64,000 nucleotides of DNA, from contig JAAOZP010000003.1 of assembly GCA_011605725.1 (NCBI GenBank), positions 1 through 64,000 of the forward strand, read 5' to 3'. Position numbers and translations under genes: made by a program. Position 1 is the stretch's first letter; the number at the start of each line of letters is the position of its first letter. The notes beneath the pieces were generated by a model. It was not told the origin of the DNA. It did not search any database and was given only the letters and a program-made list of their open reading frames with translations. The stretch is from Nitrososphaerota archaeon (GTDB taxonomy: Archaea > Thermoproteota > EX4484-205 > JAAOZP01). Below, piece by piece: positions 19,501 through 28,774 of the stretch.

Positions 19501-20944
19501 AATCGTGTCCGAATTCGGGGCTAACGCTAATATCTGTGCCAGAGCCGTACTATACCCGCCGAGCAGCTACATAAAAGACGGGTTTAAACTGTTTAACTCA
19601 AGCATGCATGAAACACGTGTCCTGGCTGTTTACGGTTTATCTTCAGAAGAAGGAGGAATAACCGGATGGGCTGAAAAACTAATAAACGGCTCATGGTTTC
19701 CCACAGGGTCTCTGCGTGTCGCAGTATTGCCAGACTCGTTGGCGAAAACGTTGCGAGTGAAAGTCGGGGACACGGTCTTCCTAGAAGGACTGCCTTTAAG
19801 GGTTGTAGGAATACTTAATTCCAGTGAAGCCAACCGGATTGTCGACCTGGATCAGAACCCGGCGACACCTAGGGATTTAAGAGTCATAACTGGAATAGGG
19901 TTCTTCTCCACCGGCGACCTGATTTTTGTACCGTATCAACTAGCCATAGACCTCGGGGGTAGCCTATACTCCATCGTAATCGGCTTTAGAGAAAGCAGTC
20001 AAGTGGCTGATGCTGCAGAGCGGCTGGCAAAGGAGACGCGGCTCGCTATTTACGCTGCAGAAAAAACAGGTGCGGATGGAAATATTTACTACTGTTCAAT
20101 CGCAAAGGGGATCCAGTCTTATGGTTACACTATGCTTCTACTCCCGTTAATAATATCCGGACTAGTAATATTCAACATGATTTTACGTGTTGTTTTTGAA
20201 AGGACGAGGGAAATAGGAATACTCGGGGCTGTTGGCGCATCACCGCTGCAGATAGCTGGAATGTTTCTCGGAGAAATTGTTACATACGCTATAGTTAGCG
20301 TCATCATCGGCTATGTAACCGGTATTGTTCTGCTTCAGACTTTAACAAGCATGGGTCTTTTCATCTTTGAAGGGTTCTTCCCAAACTATTCCTCAATGTT
20401 TGCAGCATTCGTTATAAGCTTGATTCTGCTTTCAGTGTTAATTCCAAGCCTATACCCTCTTTACAAGGCTTCCAGAATAGTTACGCCCTCTCTGGAAAGG
20501 AAGTGGAAGCTGCCTACAAAACCTGTCGGCGACAAATGGCTTATCCCGCTTCCCTTCGTATTCGTGAGCGAGAGTGAAGCCCACGGTATGCTAATGTTTC
20601 TGAAAGAGTATCTCAGTACGTTTACGTTGGAAGGCTTCGGCGCACCATTCGTCACTAAAAGCATAGCCTACAGGGAGGGGGAAAAGGAAAAAATCCTATC
20701 CGTCACAATGCATATCGCGCCTTTTCCAGCAGGCATTCATCAGAAAGTGGATGTCAATATAAGGTTTGACCCCAGCATTAAACGTTGGGCATCGAGTCTT
20801 CAAATCACAAGAATAGTGGGCGAGTTAAACATGTGGCAGAAGTCAAACTACATCGTTATAGATGCTTTAAGGAAGCAATTCCTCCAGTGGCGTGGCTTGC
20901 CTGAATCCGTGAAAAACAAGTATAAGGTGATGAAAAATGAGTAA
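16532..20944 (+). CDS. Giant fusion: signal peptide, PA/M28 peptidase-like domain, TM bundle, MacB/FtsX-like permease
   Basis: SRVTGYPG, GARAVIFIE (PA), SHFDS, GVAALLELA; later RKRTLRTFLVL and FERTREIGILGAVGASPLQIAGMFLGE (FtsX). Confidence 0.85.
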   Translation: MRILLLTILLIVFSMMFPPGPLNPSGLGEEREDSSVMHTSLHSVMQKVDLNAVVNHVSYLSSLDSRVTGYPGYEKACEYVYSRFVEYGLSNVSYHFYNVAVPIDYETYVFLPSKGVKLKAYALWPNGIQASSINLTAPLVYCGDGEWRDFDGKKINGSIVLLEFNSRDNWLKASELGARAVIFIEPDDTSTSEAQLKKLNYVPLDFPRLYVNKTAAKIILDELKLEDSLTVQVFSNMKYENIRAKNVVGFINGVDPDPAIREQIVLIVSHFDSASVVPALSPGASEAIGVAALLELAKFFAENPAPRTLMFIAFSGHGENLMGARAFMGDIVWFEKNVSLASKFVSVLDIDITAETDSSGFMFSFIGNQESNNWYSAYYQSFIENVSQLWVDLYAKTYRIEGYPGMLPVMISPLSISSEGNIFGSCGIFSTIQITGHSWYRYRGTPIDTLDKYDFNNVRPQVQVFFLNAYLLANSLPKKPLQPFSISFARFPQGSTVVQGGGFGLLVGKVVEYDMAKGEYEPVPNSIVLIRSSTGSEFQVTFTNAEGVFIYPGARPLARQGYPYFVEAYTINSSTNSILYAPDYGRYVASYSNYIQVPMEGYLGTLEHPRPFVVFKAGSLVQYDVLATEQLLSTISFYSRELGITAGTISPTIYVNDIGTHAPPDHYSWIAESAVSIVFATSSKPIEVIIKVGSSPLGMLINATQEHPEGSGIRLRIGEQLKITHTPLKLANDLLLLNTARLSSANLKGLYTGAEDYHSQASASLENAKTALNRNEYSLFYAECIESWSLSKQVYQLVMDNINSSASTASFLFAFLIPFTLIFEGLFFSNVKASAKTRFLRIVVIFVSILMILVFFHPGFRIASSIYVSLLGLTILTFTLPVTIILILNAERFLREVRVKLIGEHYTRVGRTAAVSLSFNMGISQMRKRTLRTFLVLFSLIVITTSTVMFTSVYPLTIVGKYPKTGQANYAGLFLRDIGYSSLNFWFVDRIVSEFGANANICARAVLYPPSSYIKDGFKLFNSSMHETRVLAVYGLSSEEGGITGWAEKLINGSWFPTGSLRVAVLPDSLAKTLRVKVGDTVFLEGLPLRVVGILNSSEANRIVDLDQNPATPRDLRVITGIGFFSTGDLIFVPYQLAIDLGGSLYSIVIGFRESSQVADAAERLAKETRLAIYAAEKTGADGNIYYCSIAKGIQSYGYTMLLLPLIISGLVIFNMILRVVFERTREIGILGAVGASPLQIAGMFLGEIVTYAIVSVIIGYVTGIVLLQTLTSMGLFIFEGFFPNYSSMFAAFVISLILLSVLIPSLYPLYKASRIVTPSLERKWKLPTKPVGDKWLIPLPFVFVSESEAHGMLMFLKEYLSTFTLEGFGAPFVTKSIAYREGEKEKILSVTMHIAPFPAGIHQKVDVNIRFDPSIKRWASSLQITRIVGELNMWQKSNYIVIDALRKQFLQWRGLPESVKNKYKVMKNE

Positions 20945-22817
20945 TAAGAAAACCACGTATGGGAAAGGGTTAACATTAAGGGTGATGCTTGTAATCCTGT
21001 ATTCCGGCGTATTCCTAATGCCGGCAGTCATATTTTCCACCCTCACGTCTGGAGTAAGTGTTGGAGGAAGTGTTAGCTTCGTAGTTGCTTTTCTCGCGAT
21101 CGAGCTTGCAGCACTCATGGGCTCGTCTTTAAGCAAGCAGGAAGTATTCATACTGTGGAGCTGCAGCGGGGTTGCTGCAACCGACGTGATCTTTCTCTCC
21201 CTGCTGCAGAACCTGTATTTCAGATCAATCTCTTCAGTAACCTGGCAGTTTAAATCCCTCGATACTTCTTTACCACTGCCTTTAGCTATTCCAGACTGGT
21301 TTGCACCCCCTCCGAACTCCCCGGTGCTCCTGCTCAGGACTTTCCTTCATCAAGACTGGTTGTTGCCGATAGCCGTAACACTAACAGGATGGATACTCTC
21401 CGGGAAAGTTATAGACTTAGCACTTGGCTTCCTATTCTTCAAAATATATTCCGACGAGGAAAAACTTCCTTTTCCAATGCAGGAAGTGACTGCTCAAATG
21501 ATTCTCACCCTTCCCGAGGAGAAATCGAGCAAGAAGAGCATGCTGACCATCACGGCTCTAATAGCGTTTGTTTACAATATCCTGCTTTACGCAATACCCT
21601 TCGTAACATCTTTTTCAATAGTTCCGATTCCTATCCCCTGGATGGATTTCAGTAATGCTTTTGAATCCTTCCTACCGGGTGCCACGTTCGGCATCGCAAC
21701 AGATCTGCTCACGTTCGCCTCAGGCTTTATAAGCCCTTTGAACGTGGTTGTCTCCATGTTCATCGGATCATTCTCATTCTTCTTTATAGGTAATTACTTT
21801 GCCACCAGATTAGGTTTGTTCGCGTGGACTCCAGGCATGAATCTAAGCATGCTTTACCAGCGTTCAATTCTCTACGTTTGGGCATATCCGAATATTGGTC
21901 TAGCTATAGCTGCAGCTTTAATACCTATAATAACTAGGCCGAAGTATCTAGTAGGCGCGTTTAAAAGCCTCTCAAGGTTTTCATCCTTATCTAGCGAGAA
22001 GGGAGAACTATCCCTGTTAACGGTTTTCCTTCTCTACCTCGGTTCCAGCATTATAATAATTTTAATCGTAATGATGCTAACAGGGTTCCCACTGTATATC
22101 GCCATACCTTTCATACTCGGATGGTCCTTCATATCGTCAATGATTTCAACTAGATCGGTTGCAGTCTCCGGGTTTCAAGTCACAGTGCCGTATGTCCGCG
22201 AGGCTTTAATCTTAGCCAGCGGATATAATCATGTCGACATCTGGTTCGCCCCCATGGGGAGCTCAGGGGGTGCAGCATGGTGGGCAAGCTGGTTTAAGCT
22301 GAGCGACCTGTTGGAAACAAACTACAAGGATATTATTAAAGGACAAATATTTGCTTCAATCGTCGCCATAGTGTTCTCCTTTATTTACGTATCCTTGTTC
22401 TGGAGCATTTCTCCAATACCGTCACCCCTATACCCTGCTGTCGACATATACTGGCCGGTTAACATTTTAATGTCAGGCCTATGGATAACAGGCGCGATAA
22501 GCACTGGGAATGCTGTTCAAACAATTATCGGCACCACACTCGTAGCCACAGCGGTTTCCTTACTCACAGAGTTTCTTAAAATACCGTTCTCACTGATAGG
22601 TTTTCTCATCGGTACTTCTTCACCTATTCCGACAAGCGTTACAGCAATTCTTGGAGCAATCTTCGGCGTAGCGCTCAGAAGGTTTAAGGGGGAAAACTGG
22701 TATAGGGAGAATAAGTCTGTTATTGGAGCAGGGCTCTTCCTCGGGTCCAGCCTAGCCATAACCATTGGTGTTGCCTCAGCAATGATATTAAAAGGCGGAT
22801 GGTCTCTTCCATATTGA
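20937..22817 (+). CDS. OPT-superfamily-like membrane transporter
   Basis: GLTLR, LSKQE, EEKLPFP, many TM helices; overlaps upstream gene by 8 bp. Confidence 0.75.
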   Translation: MSNKKTTYGKGLTLRVMLVILYSGVFLMPAVIFSTLTSGVSVGGSVSFVVAFLAIELAALMGSSLSKQEVFILWSCSGVAATDVIFLSLLQNLYFRSISSVTWQFKSLDTSLPLPLAIPDWFAPPPNSPVLLLRTFLHQDWLLPIAVTLTGWILSGKVIDLALGFLFFKIYSDEEKLPFPMQEVTAQMILTLPEEKSSKKSMLTITALIAFVYNILLYAIPFVTSFSIVPIPIPWMDFSNAFESFLPGATFGIATDLLTFASGFISPLNVVVSMFIGSFSFFFIGNYFATRLGLFAWTPGMNLSMLYQRSILYVWAYPNIGLAIAAALIPIITRPKYLVGAFKSLSRFSSLSSEKGELSLLTVFLLYLGSSIIIILIVMMLTGFPLYIAIPFILGWSFISSMISTRSVAVSGFQVTVPYVREALILASGYNHVDIWFAPMGSSGGAAWWASWFKLSDLLETNYKDIIKGQIFASIVAIVFSFIYVSLFWSISPIPSPLYPAVDIYWPVNILMSGLWITGAISTGNAVQTIIGTTLVATAVSLLTEFLKIPFSLIGFLIGTSSPIPTSVTAILGAIFGVALRRFKGENWYRENKSVIGAGLFLGSSLAITIGVASAMILKGGWSLPY

Positions 22818-22932
22818 TTTTCAGCTTTTACCGTAATTATTTTTCATCTTTTCAAGCTGAAATGAAAAAAAATGTATTCAGCTTCACAAAAAATAAAAAC
22901 GGATTTCTGCGGAAACGGGAATCGTAAGGATA

Positions 22933-23985
22933 ATGACTGTGGAAGAGAGGCTCCTTAGAAAAGCACTTGATCACCTTGAAAAACATAGAGGCATGAGGAG
23001 AAACGAGACTGATGATATTTTTGAAAGAAAAGCGCTAATTGTTTCGGAACAAGACATTTTAATGAGAAACTACCCAAGAAAGCACCCGAAGCTCGCATTC
23101 AATCCAGGCGCTCTCCTTCAAGGAGAAGTTCTGCATGTTTTCCCGCGGCTAATTTTCGACTATTACACTTACACGTCAAGCATAGGCAGGTTCTCCATAA
23201 ATGTGGAAAGCTTGATTAACGGTGGCCTCAGCCTTCCTGTTGAAACGGACATCGTGATGTGGCCGAAGCTCCTCTGGGAATTCAGGGGCTGCGAAGACCC
23301 TCGTGTTTTTAAACAAGATGGAAAAATGCTTATGCTGTACACCGGTTATGGTTATTTCTTAGAAAAGGATACGCTGAACACAAGCATCGTGCAGGCGTTT
23401 GCAGAGTTTGATAACGGTTTCTCAATAACAAGTAGAAAATACTTTAAAATAAAATCTATGAATGAGGACTATTTCATTCCGAAAAGCAACAAGGATTCCG
23501 CCTTCTTAAAAGTGAATAGTGAAGAAGCCGTTATTCTGACCCGCCCCCTGATAGGAAGCGTTGAAGTAGGCTGGAGGGCTGATGCGAATTTGAATGAAGC
23601 CGTAATGTATGAAAAAACAATGGAACCGTCTCTGCCTTTCGAGAATTGGGAGTTTAAAGTAGGCTGGTCGACAAACGCTATCCGGCTTTCCTCTAACGAG
23701 TTCTTGGTTGGTTGGCACGGCATTGTTAAAGAAGACTATTCATACAGGAATGGTTTAGCAATTCTCGACAACGATGGTCGATTACTAGCTGTAAGCAATT
23801 ACCTGCTTGCCCCAAAGGGAGTGAGTGAGGAGTATGGTGATAGGCCTCACGTGATATTTGGCAACGGGCTGGTTTCCTACAAGGAGAGCCTTATCTGGGT
23901 TGGTGGTGTCAGCGATTATGCAATAGGATTCTTCGTCACGGAGCTTGAGAGAGCCTTGGGAAAATTGAAATGGGTTAGCGGATAG
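22933..23985 (+). CDS. GH130-like glycosidase/phosphorylase (five-bladed beta-propeller)
   Basis: AFNPGA, GCEDPRV, LYTG, NKDSA, KVGW, WHG, VIF.NG, G.SD. Confidence 0.82.
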   Translation: MTVEERLLRKALDHLEKHRGMRRNETDDIFERKALIVSEQDILMRNYPRKHPKLAFNPGALLQGEVLHVFPRLIFDYYTYTSSIGRFSINVESLINGGLSLPVETDIVMWPKLLWEFRGCEDPRVFKQDGKMLMLYTGYGYFLEKDTLNTSIVQAFAEFDNGFSITSRKYFKIKSMNEDYFIPKSNKDSAFLKVNSEEAVILTRPLIGSVEVGWRADANLNEAVMYEKTMEPSLPFENWEFKVGWSTNAIRLSSNEFLVGWHGIVKEDYSYRNGLAILDNDGRLLAVSNYLLAPKGVSEEYGDRPHVIFGNGLVSYKESLIWVGGVSDYAIGFFVTELERALGKLKWVSG

Positions 23986-23998
23986 TCTACAATACGCG

Positions 23999-26359
23999 TC
24001 AGTTCAGAACAATCATGTAATACGTATCTCCATGACCCATAAATTCCTGGGTTTTTCCGTCGAATAGGCTTGTATGAACCTCTTTCACCACCTTGCCCTC
24101 CTCGTTTAATTGTAAAATTTTCAAAGGCTGTTTCCTCTCATCGAGATAAATAATTCTTGCTTTGAAGGGATAGTCCTTCGTCCCGGATACTTTGAAGACA
24201 ACCTTTCCGTTTTCTTCAGAATGAAAAACGAGAGGATACTCCGTATAAAGTATAACTTTCCCATTGTTGAAAACATTGTACAGCCCGGTTGCAATCTCTA
24301 TCGGATACCCTGCGCCATATATTTCTTGGCCTACTTGACCTGATTTCTTCCAACCGAACATGAGGTCTTCAAACGGAATATACCAGGATGGAACAAGCTC
24401 GCCGCAAGCCGTTTTTTCAGCAATCATTTCTCCCGGATATTCTGGAGGCATGGTGTATTGCGCTTTATATTTCAGAAGCTCGGCTACGAGTTTTTTAACA
24501 TGCTTTGGAAGACTTTTTTCACCATTAGTGAGATATTCAAGCATATATCTAAAAACCTTTCCCTCTTCGCATGCAGCTACGTAGGATTCCGGCATAGCCA
24601 TAGTTGAGAAAAATGTTCTAAAGTATTTCCCATAACCATATTCACACTCGAAGAATACGCTGTGCCTAATTATGTTGGCTAAGGGTATGTAACTGATTTT
24701 CAAATATTTCTCATCGTTTGTCAATTGATACAGCATTAAGGCGGCAACCGCACCCTCAGGCGTAGCAGTCATTTCATATGCATACTCGAAGCCTCTTTCC
24801 CCAATCCTCTCCACTGCTTTCTCAGCCTCCTCCAGGAACTTCCTATCGCCTGTTAACCTGTAGTACTGCAACATTAAGTATGCATAGACGCCTGTGACGT
24901 CGTATTCGTAAACAGGTTTTCCAGTACCCATAATATCGTGATACTCACCGGTTAAAATATCTACAAACTGGGGAAACACGTAGGAAACTTTTCTCCCCAG
25001 CATTGTAACAATGTTTCTACTCTTAAGAACCATTTCTCTAGCTACAGAGTTTTCCTCTGCCAAGTGACTGGTCCAGAGAATGGGGCAAACGAAATACCAT
25101 GCGTCAATTACCAGCGGCCTCTTGTTTTCTCCTAATACTAAGCTTTCAAGTATACATCCCTCCCCGTTTCCATCTACGTTGGGTTTAAAAAAGTCTTGAA
25201 GACCTTTTTCAAGCCTCTCTATCAAATCGAGCCCTCTTCCGAACTTCTTATAGTATTTCTTAAGAGGAACAAGCACGTCTAACAGGGTTATTAGCTCTGC
25301 GTTTGATGACCTGGAATCCTTTACGTATGCCCTAAGATACTGCTTACCATTAATAGTCACCCAATTTTCAGGATGAAGAAGGTTTTCAATTTCTTTCGGA
25401 ACTATTCCGGTTGCCCAGTCCACATATGTTGTTTCAGGCTTATCGATTTCATCGTATATTTCAGAGAACATCTCCAGGAAAAGCTCGCAGCATTCCACGT
25501 TATTCTCCGGTTCTACGGGAGCAAGATATAGAAAACTGTCCAGAATCGTTACTTCCACACCGGGAGGGATTTCTTCACTGATCGGAATTTTATATCCAAA
25601 CTTTAAAATGCTGTTGAAACTTTTATGGTCAAAATCGATGCGGCGAGTAGGGTAATAACTTATCCACGGATAGGATAAGTCAACAGTGTATGCAGCATCG
25701 GTCTTCGTAAGCTCGTAATACTTGTTTAAAGAGGATAGGTTTTGAAAGTAGAGAATAGTGCTTTTAACAACTTCCTCCTCGTAAAGGAAGCAAAACTGGT
25801 TATACACGTTTCTCAATCCCCAGGCAGACCTGTGGTCAACAGTTCCCCTTAAATAGTCTACCCCGCGCCCAGGGATAAGCTTGCCGCTTGAAACATCGTA
25901 AAACTTAATCTCCTGGTCAGTGGTGAGTCCCCACCCTTCTGCAGAAACCTGAGGGAAAAAGCGGTAGTAAGGGACTTTCTGCACTTCCTCTCTCCCCTTC
26001 GTTGAAAGGTCGACTTTCCAATTTATTAACCCAGGCTTATTTTTGAAAAATCTAATTCTCACGGTGAAATCAGCCCATTCATGTCTACTTTCCAGTAGAA
26101 CTATGATTTCTCTATCGTTTTCACTGACAGTTATTTCCCTTACGCGTGTAAGTATTTCTAAAGCCGCATTATCTAGCCCGAAGTTCGTAACAAGCACCTT
26201 ATTCCCAGGGTTCTTCAGGCTGTAAATGAATATGAAGCCGTTTGTTTTTTCCTTATGATATCGAACCTCGTATTCGCCGCTTATAACGGTGAAATACTCT
26301 TTCCCCCAAGAGACAGTTGAAACCTCTTTACCATCATCTTTTTTTTCTCTACATTGCAT
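23999..26359 (-). CDS. Uncharacterised six-hairpin-glycosidase-like protein
   Basis: 786 aa; YEYDVTGVYAY, Y.LTGDRKFLEEA, LYQLT.DEKYL helical-toroid repeats; SGQVGQEIYGAG. Confidence 0.6.
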   Translation of the reverse strand: MQCREKKDDGKEVSTVSWGKEYFTVISGEYEVRYHKEKTNGFIFIYSLKNPGNKVLVTNFGLDNAALEILTRVREITVSENDREIIVLLESRHEWADFTVRIRFFKNKPGLINWKVDLSTKGREEVQKVPYYRFFPQVSAEGWGLTTDQEIKFYDVSSGKLIPGRGVDYLRGTVDHRSAWGLRNVYNQFCFLYEEEVVKSTILYFQNLSSLNKYYELTKTDAAYTVDLSYPWISYYPTRRIDFDHKSFNSILKFGYKIPISEEIPPGVEVTILDSFLYLAPVEPENNVECCELFLEMFSEIYDEIDKPETTYVDWATGIVPKEIENLLHPENWVTINGKQYLRAYVKDSRSSNAELITLLDVLVPLKKYYKKFGRGLDLIERLEKGLQDFFKPNVDGNGEGCILESLVLGENKRPLVIDAWYFVCPILWTSHLAEENSVAREMVLKSRNIVTMLGRKVSYVFPQFVDILTGEYHDIMGTGKPVYEYDVTGVYAYLMLQYYRLTGDRKFLEEAEKAVERIGERGFEYAYEMTATPEGAVAALMLYQLTNDEKYLKISYIPLANIIRHSVFFECEYGYGKYFRTFFSTMAMPESYVAACEEGKVFRYMLEYLTNGEKSLPKHVKKLVAELLKYKAQYTMPPEYPGEMIAEKTACGELVPSWYIPFEDLMFGWKKSGQVGQEIYGAGYPIEIATGLYNVFNNGKVILYTEYPLVFHSEENGKVVFKVSGTKDYPFKARIIYLDERKQPLKILQLNEEGKVVKEVHTSLFDGKTQEFMGHGDTYYMIVLN

Positions 26360-26382
26360 AAAACTTCTTCTTTCCTTCTAGC

Positions 26383-26440
26383 TACTTAAGAGTTTACTTT
26401 CAGTGAAAAAAACTCTCCTTATTCACCTAGCGAGTGAAAC
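26383..26440 (-). promoter_or_regulatory. Probable third, divergent copy of the glycan-locus operator/promoter
   Basis: Minus strand TTTCA-N9-TGAATA, T-run, then AAACTCTTAAG at about the same spacing as the two other copies. Confidence 0.45.
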
Positions 26441-26573
26441 ATATTAACACTCTTCCTACTCTTCAGCTTTTAAAGCAGGCAGAACCAAGTTAGGTCTAGT
26501 CGACAATTTCTCCCTCGGCAAACAGGGTTTACGCGATTTACTTGAATCCTGGAAAGAAAACGATCGAAACATT

Positions 26574-27812
26574 TTACTTGTCTTTCTCAGCTTGAAGAGT
26601 AGGGTTTACTTTCTCACGGAGTTTTCCTCTTGATCTGGCGGCGAGGAGGCTAGCTGAAATCGTCGCGATAATCCCAGTGAGCGCACTGTAAGTAAAGGCT
26701 TGAGTTCTACCAGCGTTGTCCCATATAAACCCTACTAGCGACATGCCTGCTAGATTTGCCAGGCCTACTGTGATGTAGAATACTCCATAGGCTGTTCCCC
26801 TAAGTTCTGGAGGAGCATACTTCGGGACTAAGGCTTTTGAAACCGTTTCGTATATTCCGAAATACAGGCCGTAAAAAACAATAAGCAGAACAGTTGCGGA
26901 AAGCCCGCTTAAGTAAGCAAAGAAAAGGGAGGTTGATGAGAAAAGTAGGAAGGACGTTGCAAGAAGAGGCTCCCTCCCGATTCTGTCGGAAAGAACTCCG
27001 GCAGGATAACCTACGAGGGTGTGAAACAGGTTAATCGCCATGTAGACTAGCGGCACAAGTTCAGGAGTGATTCCCAGCTCGGTTGAACGGACAAGTATGA
27101 ATGAAAAATCGTAATACCCGGCTCCAAACACGGCTAGTGCTGCTAAAAGAATGAGGAAATCTCCCTTCACGATTTGAGACGCTCCCTTAAGGAGTTGCGA
27201 TTTCCTGGGAGGAGTCTCCACATCCACTACGAAAAGCCATAGAATGAGCAGAGCAATCACACCGGGTATGAATGAGACTATAAAGAGGAGTCTTGAACCA
27301 ATTAAGGGTAAAAGAACTGCTGCAAGCAGGGGTCCGAGAATAGCACCAAGCTGGTCGAGCGTCCTATGGAGCCCAAAAGCCCTACCGGTTACTTTCTCAT
27401 CTACAGATTGGCTGAGAAGAGCGTCACGCGGAGAAGTTCTTATCCCCTTGCCTGTTCTGTCCATAACTCTGACTGAAAAAGCCTCCGCTGGCGTTGTTGA
27501 AACCGCGAAAAGAGGTTTTGAAAGAGTTGAGAAAGCATAGCCCGTGAAAACTAAAGGCTTTCTTTTTCCAAGCCTGTCTGAAAGAAAACCGCTTACCATT
27601 CTGAAGAAATTGTTAGCAAGCTCTCCAGCACCCTCAATAAGCCCGAGAATCATCCTCGTCCCGCCTAAATCCCTAACTATAAAGACAGGCAAGTAGCCCA
27701 TGATCATTTCCGTCGAAACATCAGTAAAGAAGCTTACAAGCCCCATCGCGTAGACGTTTCTGAAACCAGGTTTCTCCGGGTCCCCGTGGAAACCTTGATT
27801 TGTTTTCTCCAC
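26574..27812 (-). CDS. MFS transporter
   Basis: GFLSDRLGKRK motif A, DRTGKGIRTSPRDAL, GRAFGLHR, second motif GVLSDRIGR. Confidence 0.93.
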   Translation of the reverse strand: MEKTNQGFHGDPEKPGFRNVYAMGLVSFFTDVSTEMIMGYLPVFIVRDLGGTRMILGLIEGAGELANNFFRMVSGFLSDRLGKRKPLVFTGYAFSTLSKPLFAVSTTPAEAFSVRVMDRTGKGIRTSPRDALLSQSVDEKVTGRAFGLHRTLDQLGAILGPLLAAVLLPLIGSRLLFIVSFIPGVIALLILWLFVVDVETPPRKSQLLKGASQIVKGDFLILLAALAVFGAGYYDFSFILVRSTELGITPELVPLVYMAINLFHTLVGYPAGVLSDRIGREPLLATSFLLFSSTSLFFAYLSGLSATVLLIVFYGLYFGIYETVSKALVPKYAPPELRGTAYGVFYITVGLANLAGMSLVGFIWDNAGRTQAFTYSALTGIIATISASLLAARSRGKLREKVNPTLQAEKDK

Positions 27813-28218
27813 GCGTATACTGCTGCTACTAATAATATTAAACCTTTACTATGAAAGTATCTAATGCTCAGAGTATTTCTTAGCGCAGCGCGCACCATCA
27901 TGCGTCAGACTGGATAGTCGATGGGAAGACTGGGCACGGGCTACATTAACTGTGCATGCTGATGTCAAATACCTGGAGGAGCCTTACAGGCCTAAGCCTG
28001 TTCGGGCTACTGACAATGGAAAACGGCTTAGTATAGTGGGTCCGCAGGCTGATAAAAGTTGGCCATACCCGTCCTGATTAGAACCGAAAACCTCTGTAAC
28101 CATAAATAATCATAAAGTTGTTTAATATCAAGCTTAAAGTATTCAATATTTATAAAATAATGCTGATAGCGAATACAAAAAGCTATATAGGAAGCCTGCA
28201 CAACTTAAAGCGATAGAG

Positions 28219-28617
28219 TTGGCGAAAAAAGAGGTTAAGATGATAACGGAGTCTGCGTTAAAGAGAGAGGTCGAGCGGCTGGAGAGGAGTCTGACACAGA
28301 TATCGGGCTATCTTAAGGAGATCCGTAGCGAACTCAAATCAACCACTAAGAACATGGGGCAGATGGTCGATGCGCAGAAGCAGATGATTGAGATACAGAA
28401 GCAGCTTATCGCGTCTATGAAAACTATGAAGGCGGCAGCGCCAGGACAAGCCAGGAAACCACGTAAACTAACTGAGATGAACATCTTCGTTAGAGACCAG
28501 ATAAGGTCTGGGAAAAGCTTTGCAGAGGCAATAAAGGCTTGGAAGGAGTATAAGGCATCGAAGGCTGCTCAGGAGAAGGCTGAAACCAAACCCGTAAGCG
28601 GGTCAGCAGAAACCTAG
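28219..28617 (+). CDS. Coiled-coil protein with C-terminal HMG-box/YABBY-like motif
   Basis: Heptad N-terminus; RKPRKLTEMNIFVRDQIRSGKSFAEAIKAWKEYK; TATATA box about 30 bp upstream. Confidence 0.7.
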   Translation: MAKKEVKMITESALKREVERLERSLTQISGYLKEIRSELKSTTKNMGQMVDAQKQMIEIQKQLIASMKTMKAAAPGQARKPRKLTEMNIFVRDQIRSGKSFAEAIKAWKEYKASKAAQEKAETKPVSGSAET

Positions 28618-28688
28618 CCCCAGCCTAAGCTGAGACAAAACAGACCGGAACGGCGTAAACGGGAACCTGAAAAATATAGGATGAATCT

Positions 28689-28700
28689 TAGCGCGCGCTA
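28689..28700. repeat. TAGCGCGCGCTA palindrome
   Basis: Perfect 12-bp palindrome between convergent genes; member of the recurrent family. Confidence 0.75.
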
Positions 28701-28774
28701 CCTCATTCCTTAGCTCGCTTTTTAAACGTCTAACAGGCTTAAGCGTCAACTGTGCCACGCTCTTTAAGAGTGAG

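Noticed and set aside
22815-22885. TTTCAGCTT...AAGCTGAAA inverted repeat after the transporter operon
   Set aside because: Could be a terminator or a fourth operator, but the spacing differs from the other copies and the region is low-complexity.
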